Position numbers and translations under genes: made by a program. From a virus (taxonomy: Duplodnaviria > Caudoviricetes), in the IMG/VR virus record IMGVR_UViG_3300049472_000047, positions 1 through 55,232 of that record: a DNA stretch of 55,232 nucleotides. One strand, 5' to 3'. Of the stretch, positions 46,318 to 55,232 are shown piece by piece. Below the pieces are notes generated by a model that made no database searches, was not told the DNA's origin, and was given only the letters and a program-made list of their open reading frames with translations. Numbering within the stretch: the stretch's first letter is position 1; each line of letters begins with the position of its first letter.

Positions 46318-47123
46318 GGCAGGTCATCAGATTGCAGTTGCCGGATGTTGTCCCCGGCCAGATAACGACTGAGCCACCAGACATGAAGCTCGTCGACCCC
46401 CGCGACCTGTTCGTGGATGAGAAGTACCAGCGCGGTCTCTCCGAACGGTCCGTGAAGCTGATCCGCAAGATCGTGTCGGAATGGGATTGGCGCGCATTCA
46501 AGCCGCCCGTTGTTGTCGAACACGATGGCCAGATGAATGTGATCGACGGCCAGCATACCGCCATTGCTGCGGTGACCCATGGCGGGATCAAATTGATGCC
46601 GGTCCTCGTCATCAAGGCCGAGGAGCAAGCGGAACGGGCCAATGCCTTTGTCAGGCACAACCGCGACCGTATCGCGGTGACACCGACCCAACTCTATAAC
46701 GCAATGGTTGCCGCCGGCGACGAGGATGCCCTGACCATCGAGCAGGTATGCAAGCGCGCCGGCGTCGTGATCCTGCGCAATCCACCGCCGATGGGCCATT
46801 TCAGGACAGGCGAAACCCTCGCGATCGCGACGATCCGGGCATTGGTAAACCGGCGCTACGCCCTTGGGGCGCGTCAGGTTCTCGAGATCTGCGCTGGGAT
46901 GGCGCCGGTATCGGCCGATGCCATCAAGGCCGTGGAATACCTTCTATTTGCTCCCGAATACAAGGACGAGATCACGGCGGAACAGATCAAGACGCTGTTG
47001 TCGCTGGAGACTTTGCCGCTGGATCGGGAAGTTTCCGTGTTCGCGGCGGAGCGCAAGGTGCCGAAATGGCGGGCCATGGCATCTGTCCTTTACCAGAACC
47101 GTAGGAGGGCGCGTCGTGCCTGA
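46314..47123 (+). CDS. ParB-like nuclease-fold protein (DUF6551-like)
   Basis: L.VD.KYQR, PVV, VIDGQH, A.AF..HN. Confidence 0.8.
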   Translation: MRQVIRLQLPDVVPGQITTEPPDMKLVDPRDLFVDEKYQRGLSERSVKLIRKIVSEWDWRAFKPPVVVEHDGQMNVIDGQHTAIAAVTHGGIKLMPVLVIKAEEQAERANAFVRHNRDRIAVTPTQLYNAMVAAGDEDALTIEQVCKRAGVVILRNPPPMGHFRTGETLAIATIRALVNRRYALGARQVLEICAGMAPVSADAIKAVEYLLFAPEYKDEITAEQIKTLLSLETLPLDREVSVFAAERKVPKWRAMASVLYQNRRRARRA

Positions 47124-47466
47124 TCTGGTCCAAACCCTGAAAGACGAAATCGAAACGCTTCGGGAAAAGGTCAAGCAGCTCGAAGCCTTGCTCGCCCCGG
47201 AGTATCGGCCGCCCTTGGAATGGTGCCTGACCGAGTCCGAGGCCCGGGTGTTCGCGGCGTTGCTCGCCCGGGATGTTGCCACCAAGGAGCAGATCATGCA
47301 TGCCTTATATGCGGAGCGCATAGATCGGGAGCCCGAAATGAAAATTCTTGACGTGTTGGTATGCAAAATGCGTAAAAAGCTGGCTCCGCACGGAATCAAC
47401 ATCGTCACGGTCTGGGGCATTGGCTACTCGCTGCAGGACCGGGCGCAATTCAAGGAGGCGGCATGA
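47116..47466 (+). CDS. CtrA-like winged-helix DNA-binding protein lacking a receiver domain
   Basis: LT..E...TKE....LY.....EPEMKILDVLVCKMRKKL....I.TVWG.GY; RBS AGGAGG. Confidence 0.8.
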   Translation: MPDLVQTLKDEIETLREKVKQLEALLAPEYRPPLEWCLTESEARVFAALLARDVATKEQIMHALYAERIDREPEMKILDVLVCKMRKKLAPHGINIVTVWGIGYSLQDRAQFKEAA

Positions 47467-48140
47467 CGAGGACTGCGCATAACTGGGTCGACCTCACGGG
47501 GCAACGGTTCAATCGACTGACGGTGCGGGCCTATCTGTCGGGCGGCGCTTGGCAGTGTGAATGCGAGTGCGGCGGATCCGCCGTCACCACGGGCACGAAG
47601 CTAAAGTCCGGCCACTCCAAATCATGCGGATGCCTTAAAGCAGAGCGGGCAGCTAACCGTTTACGTCATCACGGCCTCATGGACGACGGGCATCGGCATC
47701 CTTTGATCGATACCTACGCGAACATGATGTCCCGATGCGGAAATGAGTCCGACGCCGCTTATGATCGATATGGCGGTCGCGGCATCACGGTATGCGATCG
47801 TTGGGCCAACGGTGAAGATGGCAAGACCGGCTTCTTCTGTTTTGTCGAGGACATGGGGCCGCGTCTATCGCGGCTGCATAGCTTGGACCGCGTCGACAAC
47901 AACGGACCATACAGCCCCGAAAATTGCCGTTGGGCTACCAAAAAAGAACAAGCGAGAAACCGCCGCAGCAATCGCACCATTGAGCATGATGGGCGGCACA
48001 TAGCAATTTCCGAATATTGCGAGCGGACGGGTCTCAATTTTCAAGCCGTGAACTCGCGGCTTAGCAAGGGATGGTCGATTGAGCGCGCGATTACGGCCCC
48101 GATGCGCCGCGGAGGGAGGGGCCTATGCCTACATATCTAG
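47463..48140 (+). CDS. HNH-type homing endonuclease-like protein
   Basis: DLTGQRFNRL, SCGC, M.SRC, YGGRGI.VC.RW, SLDRVDNN..YSP.NCRWAT. Confidence 0.88.
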   Translation: MTRTAHNWVDLTGQRFNRLTVRAYLSGGAWQCECECGGSAVTTGTKLKSGHSKSCGCLKAERAANRLRHHGLMDDGHRHPLIDTYANMMSRCGNESDAAYDRYGGRGITVCDRWANGEDGKTGFFCFVEDMGPRLSRLHSLDRVDNNGPYSPENCRWATKKEQARNRRSNRTIEHDGRHIAISEYCERTGLNFQAVNSRLSKGWSIERAITAPMRRGGRGLCLHI

Positions 48141-48694
48141 GTCTGGATTTGGCCGCCCGCTCAGGCTGGGCGATCTATCCGGATCGCTCTATCCCAAGGA
48201 TTAAGGCCGGATCATTTGCCTGCCTCGGGGAAACCCCGGAGCAAAAGGCCGATGCGCTGGCGCGGAACCTGATCGCCTTGTTCAAGCGCGAAGGCAAGCC
48301 GGATTACTGCGTCATTGAGCAGCCGCAGCGCAACGTCCAGCAATACAAGAAAGCCCCCTCGAAACTTATGCCCGATGTCGAGGGCCAGTTCACAATCAAT
48401 GCCGGGACGGCCCTGCAGCTCAACCAGCTTGTCGGTGCGGCCGTGGCGATCTGTGCAGGCTTCGGTGTGCCGTGGGCCGTGGTGCCGGTGCAGACCTGGC
48501 GCTCCGCATTCTTCCCCAAGGGGATGAAGGGCAAGGACCGGCAGGATTGGAAGCGCATGGCCAAGGCGCACTGCGAACTCGTCAAGATCCCGGTCAGCAA
48601 TGCCGACGAGGCTGAGGCCGTCGGGATCGCGGTCTACGGACCGCACGTCATGAAATTCCGAGAACTCGAACTAGCAAAGGAGAAAGCGGCATGA
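48125..48694 (+). CDS. RuvC-like Holliday junction resolvase
   Basis: LGLDL...GWA, VIEQP, V...TWR, N.DEAEA. Confidence 0.8.
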   Translation: MPTYLGLDLAARSGWAIYPDRSIPRIKAGSFACLGETPEQKADALARNLIALFKREGKPDYCVIEQPQRNVQQYKKAPSKLMPDVEGQFTINAGTALQLNQLVGAAVAICAGFGVPWAVVPVQTWRSAFFPKGMKGKDRQDWKRMAKAHCELVKIPVSNADEAEAVGIAVYGPHVMKFRELELAKEKAA

Positions 48695-49503
48695 GGGATC
48701 AATACAAAGAGGCCAAGCGGGATATCTTCTACATGCTCGCTGCCGCGTTCTATATCATCGCGACATTCGTTGCCATCGCCGGCGTCTTGATCGGGCTTAT
48801 CATTTCGGCCCCCAATGCGCGGTCGGCGGAGCGGGTCGATGTCGCCCTGATCCTCGCCAATGACCATTCCGATTCGATTACCCCGCTGGAATGGCGGCTT
48901 CAGATGGAAGGCTATGCCGAGGCCTTTGAATCCGAGGCGGTCAAAGCCCAGATCATGGCCGGGGCACGGCAGCGCATCGCGGTCTATCTGTTTCGCTGGG
49001 CATCCGATTACGCCCAATACGACATGGTGCCGTGGCGCATCGTCGATTCCCCGGCCGCCGCCGATGCCCTCGCCGCCGAGATCCGCGCCCAAGCCAATCT
49101 CAAAAACCTGTCCGGGACATGCATTTCTGGCGCAATGGTTTATGCATCCGATCTGTTTGCGAAGATGCCGTTTGAGGCAACATCATGGGTGCTCGATGTC
49201 TCCGGCGATGAGTCTGGGAACTGCTCCCACCATCCATACTGGCCGGCGAAGGTCAGGGATGAGCTGGTCAAGCAGGGGATCACCATAAACGGGCTTCCCA
49301 TTCTGGAGACGAGATCTCCGGAATCAAATGCACAGATCAATGAGAACGCGGATCTCCAGCGGTTCTACAAGGACAACGTCATCGGCGGCATGGGGGCCTT
49401 CATTGAGCCATCCATTGGCTTCGAGGACTTCGGCCGGGCCATGCAGCGCAAGCTCCTGCGTGAGATCGCATCCCTGTCTCCGATCAAGGAGTGGCGGCCA
49501 TGA
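48691..49503 (+). CDS. DUF1194 (vWA-like) protein with N-terminal TM
   Basis: VDV.L.LA.D.S.SI...E..LQ.EGYA.A, DVSGD, GITINGL, VIGG.GAF, KL.REI. Confidence 0.85.
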   Translation: MRDQYKEAKRDIFYMLAAAFYIIATFVAIAGVLIGLIISAPNARSAERVDVALILANDHSDSITPLEWRLQMEGYAEAFESEAVKAQIMAGARQRIAVYLFRWASDYAQYDMVPWRIVDSPAAADALAAEIRAQANLKNLSGTCISGAMVYASDLFAKMPFEATSWVLDVSGDESGNCSHHPYWPAKVRDELVKQGITINGLPILETRSPESNAQINENADLQRFYKDNVIGGMGAFIEPSIGFEDFGRAMQRKLLREIASLSPIKEWRP

Positions 49504-49742
49504 AGTGGGGATTCGGCCACGCCATCGGGGCCGTAGTTGTCGGCATCCTCGTCGGGGGCGTGTTCTCTCTGATGAATTATGCGGACAGGTGGCAGAGCGC
49601 CGCCAACGACATCTTCTGGACCGCATGCTCCGGATCCCATGACAGCTCCATCTCCGTCGAGGAGCAGGGCGATTCCGTGATCTACACATGCACCCTCATG
49701 GATAGCGGGACAACGTTCTCGCTGCCGAAGCAATCCAAATAG
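49500..49742 (+). CDS. Small membrane protein
   Basis: N-terminal TM. Confidence 0.5.
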   Translation: MKWGFGHAIGAVVVGILVGGVFSLMNYADRWQSAANDIFWTACSGSHDSSISVEEQGDSVIYTCTLMDSGTTFSLPKQSK

Positions 49743-49755
49743 TCAGGAGGCATAG

Positions 49756-50037
49756 ATGTGGTGGGAACGTGCGAAGCCCGGCGACAAGGTGGTCTGCATA
49801 GATGGTGCCTCCGGAACGGCTGAGGTCGGCAAGGTCTATACGATCCTCGATGTCCAATTCTCTGAATTGCATAGCTGGAAGGAATGCCATGTCTATTTCG
49901 ACATCGGCTCAATCCATCCCTGTGGGCAGAAATGGTTTGTCTGCGCATCGTGCTTCAAGCCGGCCCAGCCGAAATCCACGGAAACCGGGATGAAGATGTT
50001 GCGCCGTCTGCTTACCCGGGAACGGGAGCGCGCATGA
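49756..50037 (+). CDS. Hypothetical protein
   Basis: RBS AGGAGG; GDKVVCID...G.VYTI. Confidence 0.6.
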   Translation: MWWERAKPGDKVVCIDGASGTAEVGKVYTILDVQFSELHSWKECHVYFDIGSIHPCGQKWFVCASCFKPAQPKSTETGMKMLRRLLTRERERA

Positions 50038-50900
50038 AAGCCCATCAGAGAATTGTACGTGAAAAAATGGAGACCACGGCCGAGGGAGATATCTTCGGCA
50101 AGTGGTGGGCAGATATCGATACGGACATAAAGAAGGCGGAAGTCAGGGAAGTATCAATACAGGTCGCAAGGGGCATCATCGAGCAGTACGAATGGATGGG
50201 GTGCCTCGCCGCCGTTAATTGGTATTGCTATGGAATATTCTTTGAAAATGTATGCGGTGGGGTCGTTTGCTATGGCCCGGAATACTCGGAGAACTTGGGC
50301 AAGGTCTCAAGAGAGATGGGCCGGGCATGCGCTGATTGGTCGAAATACGGCTATGAGGGCAAGATGATCTTGCTCAATCGCGGGGCTTGCGTCCACTGGG
50401 CGCACCCGCATTCAGCTTCAAAACTCATCCGGGCCAGCATGAAAATGTTGCCGGCCAAATACGAGGTTATCACCGCAACCGTTGATGATTTGGCAGGCGA
50501 AATTGGCACAATCTATCAGGCGTGCGGATTCCACTATGTCGGGTCTATGCGAGATGCAAATCCCAACGTCTCGAGTCGCAAGGGCGATCGCGATGCTTGG
50601 TTGATCAATGGAAAGCTATACGGATCGCGTAACATCCGGCAGAAGTTTGGCACCACTCGATTGGAGGTCGTCCAGCAATCGCACCCGGATGTGCGCGTTG
50701 TCAGGCAAAACTCGAAGGGCCGGTATTTTGCATTTCGCGGGCCATATCTCGTTCGGCGGGCCCATTACGATGCAATTGCTCATCTGATCCAGCCATTTCC
50801 TAAGCGGCACAGTCAAGAGGACGAGCGCGAGACCATCGCGTGTGAGGCAGGTGCAATTCCTGCTGGCCGCTCCAATAATGGGAGCGCGCCTGATGCGTGA
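50034..50900 (+). CDS. mom: Mom-family (GNAT-fold) adenine-modification enzyme
   Basis: A..II..Y, YG.F.....GV..YG, L.R, S..I..S...L, D...GE.G.IYQA.GF.Y.G, K.RY, PFPK. Confidence 0.8.
   Translation: MKAHQRIVREKMETTAEGDIFGKWWADIDTDIKKAEVREVSIQVARGIIEQYEWMGCLAAVNWYCYGIFFENVCGGVVCYGPEYSENLGKVSREMGRACADWSKYGYEGKMILLNRGACVHWAHPHSASKLIRASMKMLPAKYEVITATVDDLAGEIGTIYQACGFHYVGSMRDANPNVSSRKGDRDAWLINGKLYGSRNIRQKFGTTRLEVVQQSHPDVRVVRQNSKGRYFAFRGPYLVRRAHYDAIAHLIQPFPKRHSQEDERETIACEAGAIPAGRSNNGSAPDA
50804..50874 (+). ncRNA. tRNA-Gly-like cloverleaf embedded in the mom 3' end
   Basis: GCGGC/GCCGC acceptor + T-CCA; anticodon arm GCGCG-AGACCAT-CGCGT (ACC); T arm GCAGG-TGCAATT-CCTGC; small D arm GTC/GAC. Confidence 0.75.
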
Positions 50901-51954
50901 CGAATACACCTATCAGGAGATCGTGGACATGCTCCGCGATCATGCCGAAACCATTGCCCATGACTGCATGTCCGGGGTCAAAAAGTCCGGGCCGCGTCTA
51001 TTCGGCGATTGCGGCGGCAAAGCCTCAGTGGTGATCCGGGGCAACAATATTGGGCTTGTCGGGCTATGGCAGGGGCAGCGGCCCGGTCAGCAAGGCGGCA
51101 ATCTGATCCATCTCATCGAGATCAGCCGGGGCATGAGCCATGGTGAGGCCGTTCGATATGCGAAGTCGCATTATCTCGGGATCCAGCAACGCGCCTTCAC
51201 TGAGGAGGAGAAGCGGCAATGGGCATCTCGTAAGGCGGAGATGGAAAAAAGACGGGAGCGCGAAGCCGCCGAAGCTGAGGCCGTCAGGAGGCGCAAGGAG
51301 GGCGATGTCCGCACGATCTGGGGTGATTGCCGCCCGATCCCCGGAACGCCTGCTGAGGCTTATCTGAGGCGACGTGTCGGCACTTTCCAATATCCTGCTT
51401 CCCTTCGATTCCATCCTGACCTTTTCTGCGAACTCACCAATCAACGTCATCCCTGCCTCGTCGCCGGGGTGCAGGCCACGGATCGGCGGCTGATCGCGAT
51501 CTGGCGGATCTTCCTTAGACCCGACGGCACAAACCTGATTGTCGACGGGGTCAAGGTGAAGCGGGGTCTCGGGCCGGCCGCCGGCGGCATGGTCAGGCTT
51601 TCCGCCGTTGGCGAAGTCCTCAATGTCGGGGAGGGGCTGGAGTCGACTCTGGGCGCAATGGCGTTCGACGGATTCAAGGGCTCATGGGCATCGTGCCTTT
51701 CCACGGCGGGGCTTCGCGGTCTCGAGATCCCGGATGTCGTGAAATCGCTCCGGGTCTGGTCCGACGGCGACCGTCACCGATTCGGTAAGCAGGACGGGCA
51801 ACCCATGCAGGAAGCCCCCGGACAGTCCGCGGCGGCCGCATTGGTGGAGAAGGCAAAGCAGCGCCGGATCCCGTGCGAAATATTCACACCTCCCGAGGGA
51901 TCCGATTGGAATGATGTATGGCAGAGGGCGCGGACCGATCTTGCAACGCACTGA
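50893..51954 (+). CDS. Toprim primase-like protein
   Basis: GTPAEAYL..R, LRFHP, K..LGP..GG.VRL, VGEGLE, D.D, P.G.DWND. Confidence 0.85.
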   Translation: MRDEYTYQEIVDMLRDHAETIAHDCMSGVKKSGPRLFGDCGGKASVVIRGNNIGLVGLWQGQRPGQQGGNLIHLIEISRGMSHGEAVRYAKSHYLGIQQRAFTEEEKRQWASRKAEMEKRREREAAEAEAVRRRKEGDVRTIWGDCRPIPGTPAEAYLRRRVGTFQYPASLRFHPDLFCELTNQRHPCLVAGVQATDRRLIAIWRIFLRPDGTNLIVDGVKVKRGLGPAAGGMVRLSAVGEVLNVGEGLESTLGAMAFDGFKGSWASCLSTAGLRGLEIPDVVKSLRVWSDGDRHRFGKQDGQPMQEAPGQSAAAALVEKAKQRRIPCEIFTPPEGSDWNDVWQRARTDLATH

Positions 51955-53350
51955 GAGTTTGTCCCCACGTCAGACCGAGATCGCGGTTCTCGGTGCAATC
52001 CTTCTAAACCCGGAAGCGATTCACCGTGTCATCGCATCGCTTTCCGACAAGATGTTTCAGGGCAAAGATCATCGCACCATTTACGGCGAAATGGTCAAGC
52101 TCGCCGCCGCGAACAAGCCGGTGACGAAGCTCACGGTGGCCCATGCCGTCGGCGACACCATCGCGGGGATGCCGACTATGGCCTTCCTGTCCGCCATGGA
52201 GCATGCGGCGCTATCCGAGGAATATCTGCCGCTCGAGGATTACGCCGACATCATCGCTGACAAATGGATCCGGGCGGAGACCAAACGGATCTATGAGGCC
52301 GCAGCGGCCGCATGCGCCGATATCTCCAAATCGGTTCCAACGATTGCGGATCAATGCGTCGGGGCCGTCGATTCCATTCTGGGAAGCGGCTCCGAGTTTG
52401 AAGCGGTTTCGATCTATGATGCCGCACAGCGTCAGGTCGAGAAAACGGCCGAAGCCTACAAGAACCAGAAGCGCGCTGGGTACGATACCGGATTGGAATT
52501 CATCAACGATCTCACCGGCCCATGGGCGCCGGGGCAATTCATCATCATTGGCGCCCCCACAAAGGTCGGCAAGTCCGCATTGGCGATGCAGTGCGCCGCC
52601 GGCTTGGCGCGATATGGTCCCGTGCTTTTCTTCAGCTTCGAGATGAATGCGGAACTGATCGCGGCCCGTGAGATCGCGAAAACATCGGGGGTCGGCACGA
52701 TCCGGCAGCGCACCGGCAAGATCGATTCGGCGGAATATTCCAAGATGCTCGATGCAGCGGAATCGCTGGAGGCGATCAAGGAACTGCGCATCGTCAAAGA
52801 CAAGATGAGCGCCACCCAGATCATGGAATATGCGCGCCGATTCAAACGCCGCCACGGGCTCTGTGCCGTGTTCGTCGACCACATGGGCATCGTGAAGCCG
52901 GAGAAGGGCGTCCGGCAGGCCGCCGACTGGGAGCTTGGGGCCACGGCCGCGCCGATCCTGAAGGAGATGGCGGAGGATCTGGGCATCGTTGCCGTCGGGA
53001 TCTCGCAAGTCCTGAAGGAGAGCCCGTCTCCGATGTCGCGCATGAAAGACAAGATCTCCGCATGCCTGCGACGGCCCAGCTACCAGGATCTCAAGGGCGC
53101 CTCAGCCAATGATGCCGATCACGTCCTGATGCCTTTCAGGCCGGCCGCGATGCTGGCGAAGATTGAACCCTCAGAAACCAGCGCGGACCGCGCCGAATGG
53201 GAGGCCGCAATGGAGCTGAATCGTTATCGGGCAGGAATTGTCCTGTCCCTATCAAGGGAGAGCCAATGGCCGAGAGTTGTTTCAGTGAATTGGGATGGCG
53301 AGAAAACGTCATTCCGCGCAATCGAATACGATCAGCCGGGATTCTTCTGA
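51941..53350 (+). CDS. dnaB: DnaB-like replicative helicase
   Basis: E.AVLGAILL, GAPTKVGKSA, FSFEM, VFVDH, SQ, RP...DLKG....DAD. Confidence 0.9.
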   Translation: MQRTESLSPRQTEIAVLGAILLNPEAIHRVIASLSDKMFQGKDHRTIYGEMVKLAAANKPVTKLTVAHAVGDTIAGMPTMAFLSAMEHAALSEEYLPLEDYADIIADKWIRAETKRIYEAAAAACADISKSVPTIADQCVGAVDSILGSGSEFEAVSIYDAAQRQVEKTAEAYKNQKRAGYDTGLEFINDLTGPWAPGQFIIIGAPTKVGKSALAMQCAAGLARYGPVLFFSFEMNAELIAAREIAKTSGVGTIRQRTGKIDSAEYSKMLDAAESLEAIKELRIVKDKMSATQIMEYARRFKRRHGLCAVFVDHMGIVKPEKGVRQAADWELGATAAPILKEMAEDLGIVAVGISQVLKESPSPMSRMKDKISACLRRPSYQDLKGASANDADHVLMPFRPAAMLAKIEPSETSADRAEWEAAMELNRYRAGIVLSLSRESQWPRVVSVNWDGEKTSFRAIEYDQPGFF

Positions 53351-53658
53351 TGCAGGATTTTCCCGAGGACTTCAAACCCGAGGCCGTGAAAGTCGGCAAC
53401 CGCTGGATCGGTTTCTTCACGCTGCCATGGGCGCGGCAGAAGCCGGTTCGCGATCCCAGGACAAAGGAGGTATGCCGCTATGAAACGGAGCTTGAAGCAT
53501 TCACCGCGGCAACCGCCGTCATGTGTCACCACTTCCGAAACAAGACACGGGGATGGGGAGACCGCATCGATCCCGGATCGGTCGGCGAAATCGAAAAGGT
53601 TTTCGGAGCCGGCGCCACAAAGAAAAAGAGGCGAATGGGTAAGGCTGGCCGACAATGA
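53350..53658 (+). CDS. Hypothetical protein
   Basis: TGATG coupling to helicase. Confidence 0.55.
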   Translation: MQDFPEDFKPEAVKVGNRWIGFFTLPWARQKPVRDPRTKEVCRYETELEAFTAATAVMCHHFRNKTRGWGDRIDPGSVGEIEKVFGAGATKKKRRMGKAGRQ

Positions 53659-53920
53659 AAAGTACGTGGTTTTCGTGCTATGGCTTCACGGCTGCGAGCT
53701 CGCCAAGATCTGCAGGCTTGCCATGTTGGTGGCGCGAACCCATCTCACGGCGGACCAGATCTGGGGCGTCATCCGGAATTCACCATTCCGGCACAGGTCG
53801 ACCATGACGAACCAGCAGCGCCAGTATTATCTCGATGTCCTGAAGCGGGAACGCCTTGACGGCGGCCGCATCAAGGATTGGGCCTTCACCATCAAACCAT
53901 TGGAACGGAGACAACGCTGA
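53480..53920 (+). CDS. Hypothetical protein (start uncertain, likely near 53640)
   Basis: Fills the gap between coupled genes. Confidence 0.4.
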   Translation: MKRSLKHSPRQPPSCVTTSETRHGDGETASIPDRSAKSKRFSEPAPQRKRGEWVRLADNEKYVVFVLWLHGCELAKICRLAMLVARTHLTADQIWGVIRNSPFRHRSTMTNQQRQYYLDVLKRERLDGGRIKDWAFTIKPLERRQR

Positions 53921-54537
53921 TGGCGCTTGCGGATATGCTCGAACTCATCAAGAATGCGCAGGGCAAGGCTTCCAGGAAGTTGAAAAAGCTCCAGACCAAG
54001 GAAGGCCGCGACGGCCGCGCTCCGGTGCTGGAACGAACCGGCCATTTCGGGGCAATGGTGTATCGTGACGCCGGATGCGCCCCGTTGGAATACCTTGAAT
54101 CAAGGGCAGGGGAGTCCTTGCTCCGCGATCCCCCGGGATGGGGCCCGGCATTCCTTGCCGGCGATGCCGTGAAGCGCCGCGCCCGTGCCGCCCGCACCTA
54201 TGCCGAAGCCAAGGAAGGATCGCAGATCACGCCCATGGCGAGCGTTGATCTCGGGGGCGCTGGCGGCGGCGGATTCGGACCGCGCAGCCCTGGTGACTAC
54301 AAGATCGATTGCATGAAAACCGTGATCCGGCTTGAACGGCGGATGCCGAAGGATGTAGCCCGCGACATGGAGGATGTGTTTCTGCATCTGAAGTTCATTT
54401 TCGATGTCCCTTCAAAGCAGGCCCGGGAGATTGTCATGGAGCGGATCAGGCTTGGCCTCGATCTTGCCGCATTGGAAACCGGGGATCTCACGATCCCCGA
54501 TTTCATGGCGCGTTGGCCTCGGATCAGCGTCCTATAG
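53920..54537 (+). CDS. Hypothetical protein, possible late regulator
   Basis: Last gene of rightward arm; position of Q-like genes. Confidence 0.45.
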   Translation: MALADMLELIKNAQGKASRKLKKLQTKEGRDGRAPVLERTGHFGAMVYRDAGCAPLEYLESRAGESLLRDPPGWGPAFLAGDAVKRRARAARTYAEAKEGSQITPMASVDLGGAGGGGFGPRSPGDYKIDCMKTVIRLERRMPKDVARDMEDVFLHLKFIFDVPSKQAREIVMERIRLGLDLAALETGDLTIPDFMARWPRISVL

Positions 54538-54846
54538 CCACCAGAGATATTTGAACCTGATCCAGCCCCAACGGGTGTCTTTGGCGAAGCCGTATTTCAC
54601 GGCGGCCTGGAATAGCTGCAGGTCGACCTTGCGCCGGTCCTCGGGGTCCAAATCGGCAAAGGTCATGGCTTGGACCAAAGCCCGCACGGCCGGCCGCAGA
54701 TATTCCGGGATCGCATAGAAGCAGTACCGATCCAATGCCTGTTTCTTTGCGGCTTCCATTTCGACACCTTGGCCGCAAAGCTCTGAAACCCGCATACGAA
54801 TGGCGGTGGCATTTGTGACGATGACGGTTTCTTCGTAATCGGTCAT
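54532..54846 (-). CDS. Hypothetical protein
   Basis: ATGA-coupled with 54843-55109. Confidence 0.5.
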   Translation of the reverse strand: MTDYEETVIVTNATAIRMRVSELCGQGVEMEAAKKQALDRYCFYAIPEYLRPAVRALVQAMTFADLDPEDRRKVDLQLFQAAVKYGFAKDTRWGWIRFKYLWWL

Positions 54847-55109
54847 GACCACACCACCTGTCCCGTGATCCTGACGTTCGCCATGTCCAGAATGATGCCG
54901 GTATATTCCGGATATTCGGACAGGAAATCGAGCAGGAACATTTCCGGGGTTGTCGGGATCGCCGACTTGGCCGGGTCCATGTAATCCTTGATCTCCCAGT
55001 AGTGACGGCCGAACAGCTTCACCGCATCGGATACTGAGAGATTCGCGGCCCGCATCTTGGCCACGGTTTCGGCAGTTGTGAGTCGTCGGTATAGATATTT
55101 GTTGGGCAC
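54843..55109 (-). CDS. HTH-like hypothetical protein
   Basis: RBS AAGGAG; LSVSDAVKLFGRHYWEIKDY. Confidence 0.55.
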   Translation of the reverse strand: MPNKYLYRRLTTAETVAKMRAANLSVSDAVKLFGRHYWEIKDYMDPAKSAIPTTPEMFLLDFLSEYPEYTGIILDMANVRITGQVVWS

Positions 55110-55232
55110 TGTTTACTCCTTTCGAGTTTGGCGGACACGCCGCCGTGTTGGTTGATATCGGATTGGAAAGAAGATTCCAAGCCGGCAGCGCCGATCCATA
55201 CCCCTCCAAGCCAAGCCTATCGACTCCTAGCC

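Larger units (their letters stand above)
1..55232. mobile_element. Tailed dsDNA phage (HK97-like siphovirus), near-complete genome, probable alphaproteobacterial host
   Basis: Ordered terminase-portal-protease-capsid-tail-lysis modules plus recombination, immunity and replication arms; no host housekeeping genes; no terminal repeat seen. Confidence 0.95.

Noticed and set aside
50804-50874. Canonical translational tRNA-Gly or att-site fragment
   Set aside because: Lacks U33, TTC and a normal D arm, and is too diverged from host tRNAs to be an att core
1-55232. CRISPR/TIGR-like arrays, reverse transcriptase/DGR, terminal repeats
   Set aside because: No regularly spaced repeats, RT motifs or matching ends seen by eye

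Overview
The window is a ~55 kb, apparently near-complete genome of an HK97-like siphovirus. Its host is probably an alphaproteobacterium (inferred from high GC and GcrA/CtrA-like genes). Gene order: J-domain gene, tRNA-Met and a structured RNA, packaging (HNH, MTase, TerS, TerL, portal), a five-gene fibre-like block, head, tail (with a -1 frameshift chaperone), fibres, lysis, a nucleotide-metabolism trio, a leftward early arm (VUT transporter, DpdA/TGT-like, RecT/RecE), an immunity region, and a rightward regulation/replication arm (Cro, GcrA-like, MT-A70, DnaA-IV-like, ParB-like, CtrA-DBD-like, RuvC, Mom, primase, DnaB). Most notable: (1) a tRNA-Gly-like cloverleaf with non-ribosomal features hidden in the 3' end of the Mom-family DNA-modification gene; (2) a set of mimics of the alphaproteobacterial cell-cycle circuit; (3) two unannotated structured RNAs; (4) scars suggesting loss of lysogeny (repressor/HNH tail-to-tail fusion and a 37-codon integrase remnant). 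All protein calls come from motif recognition by eye; no searches were run.
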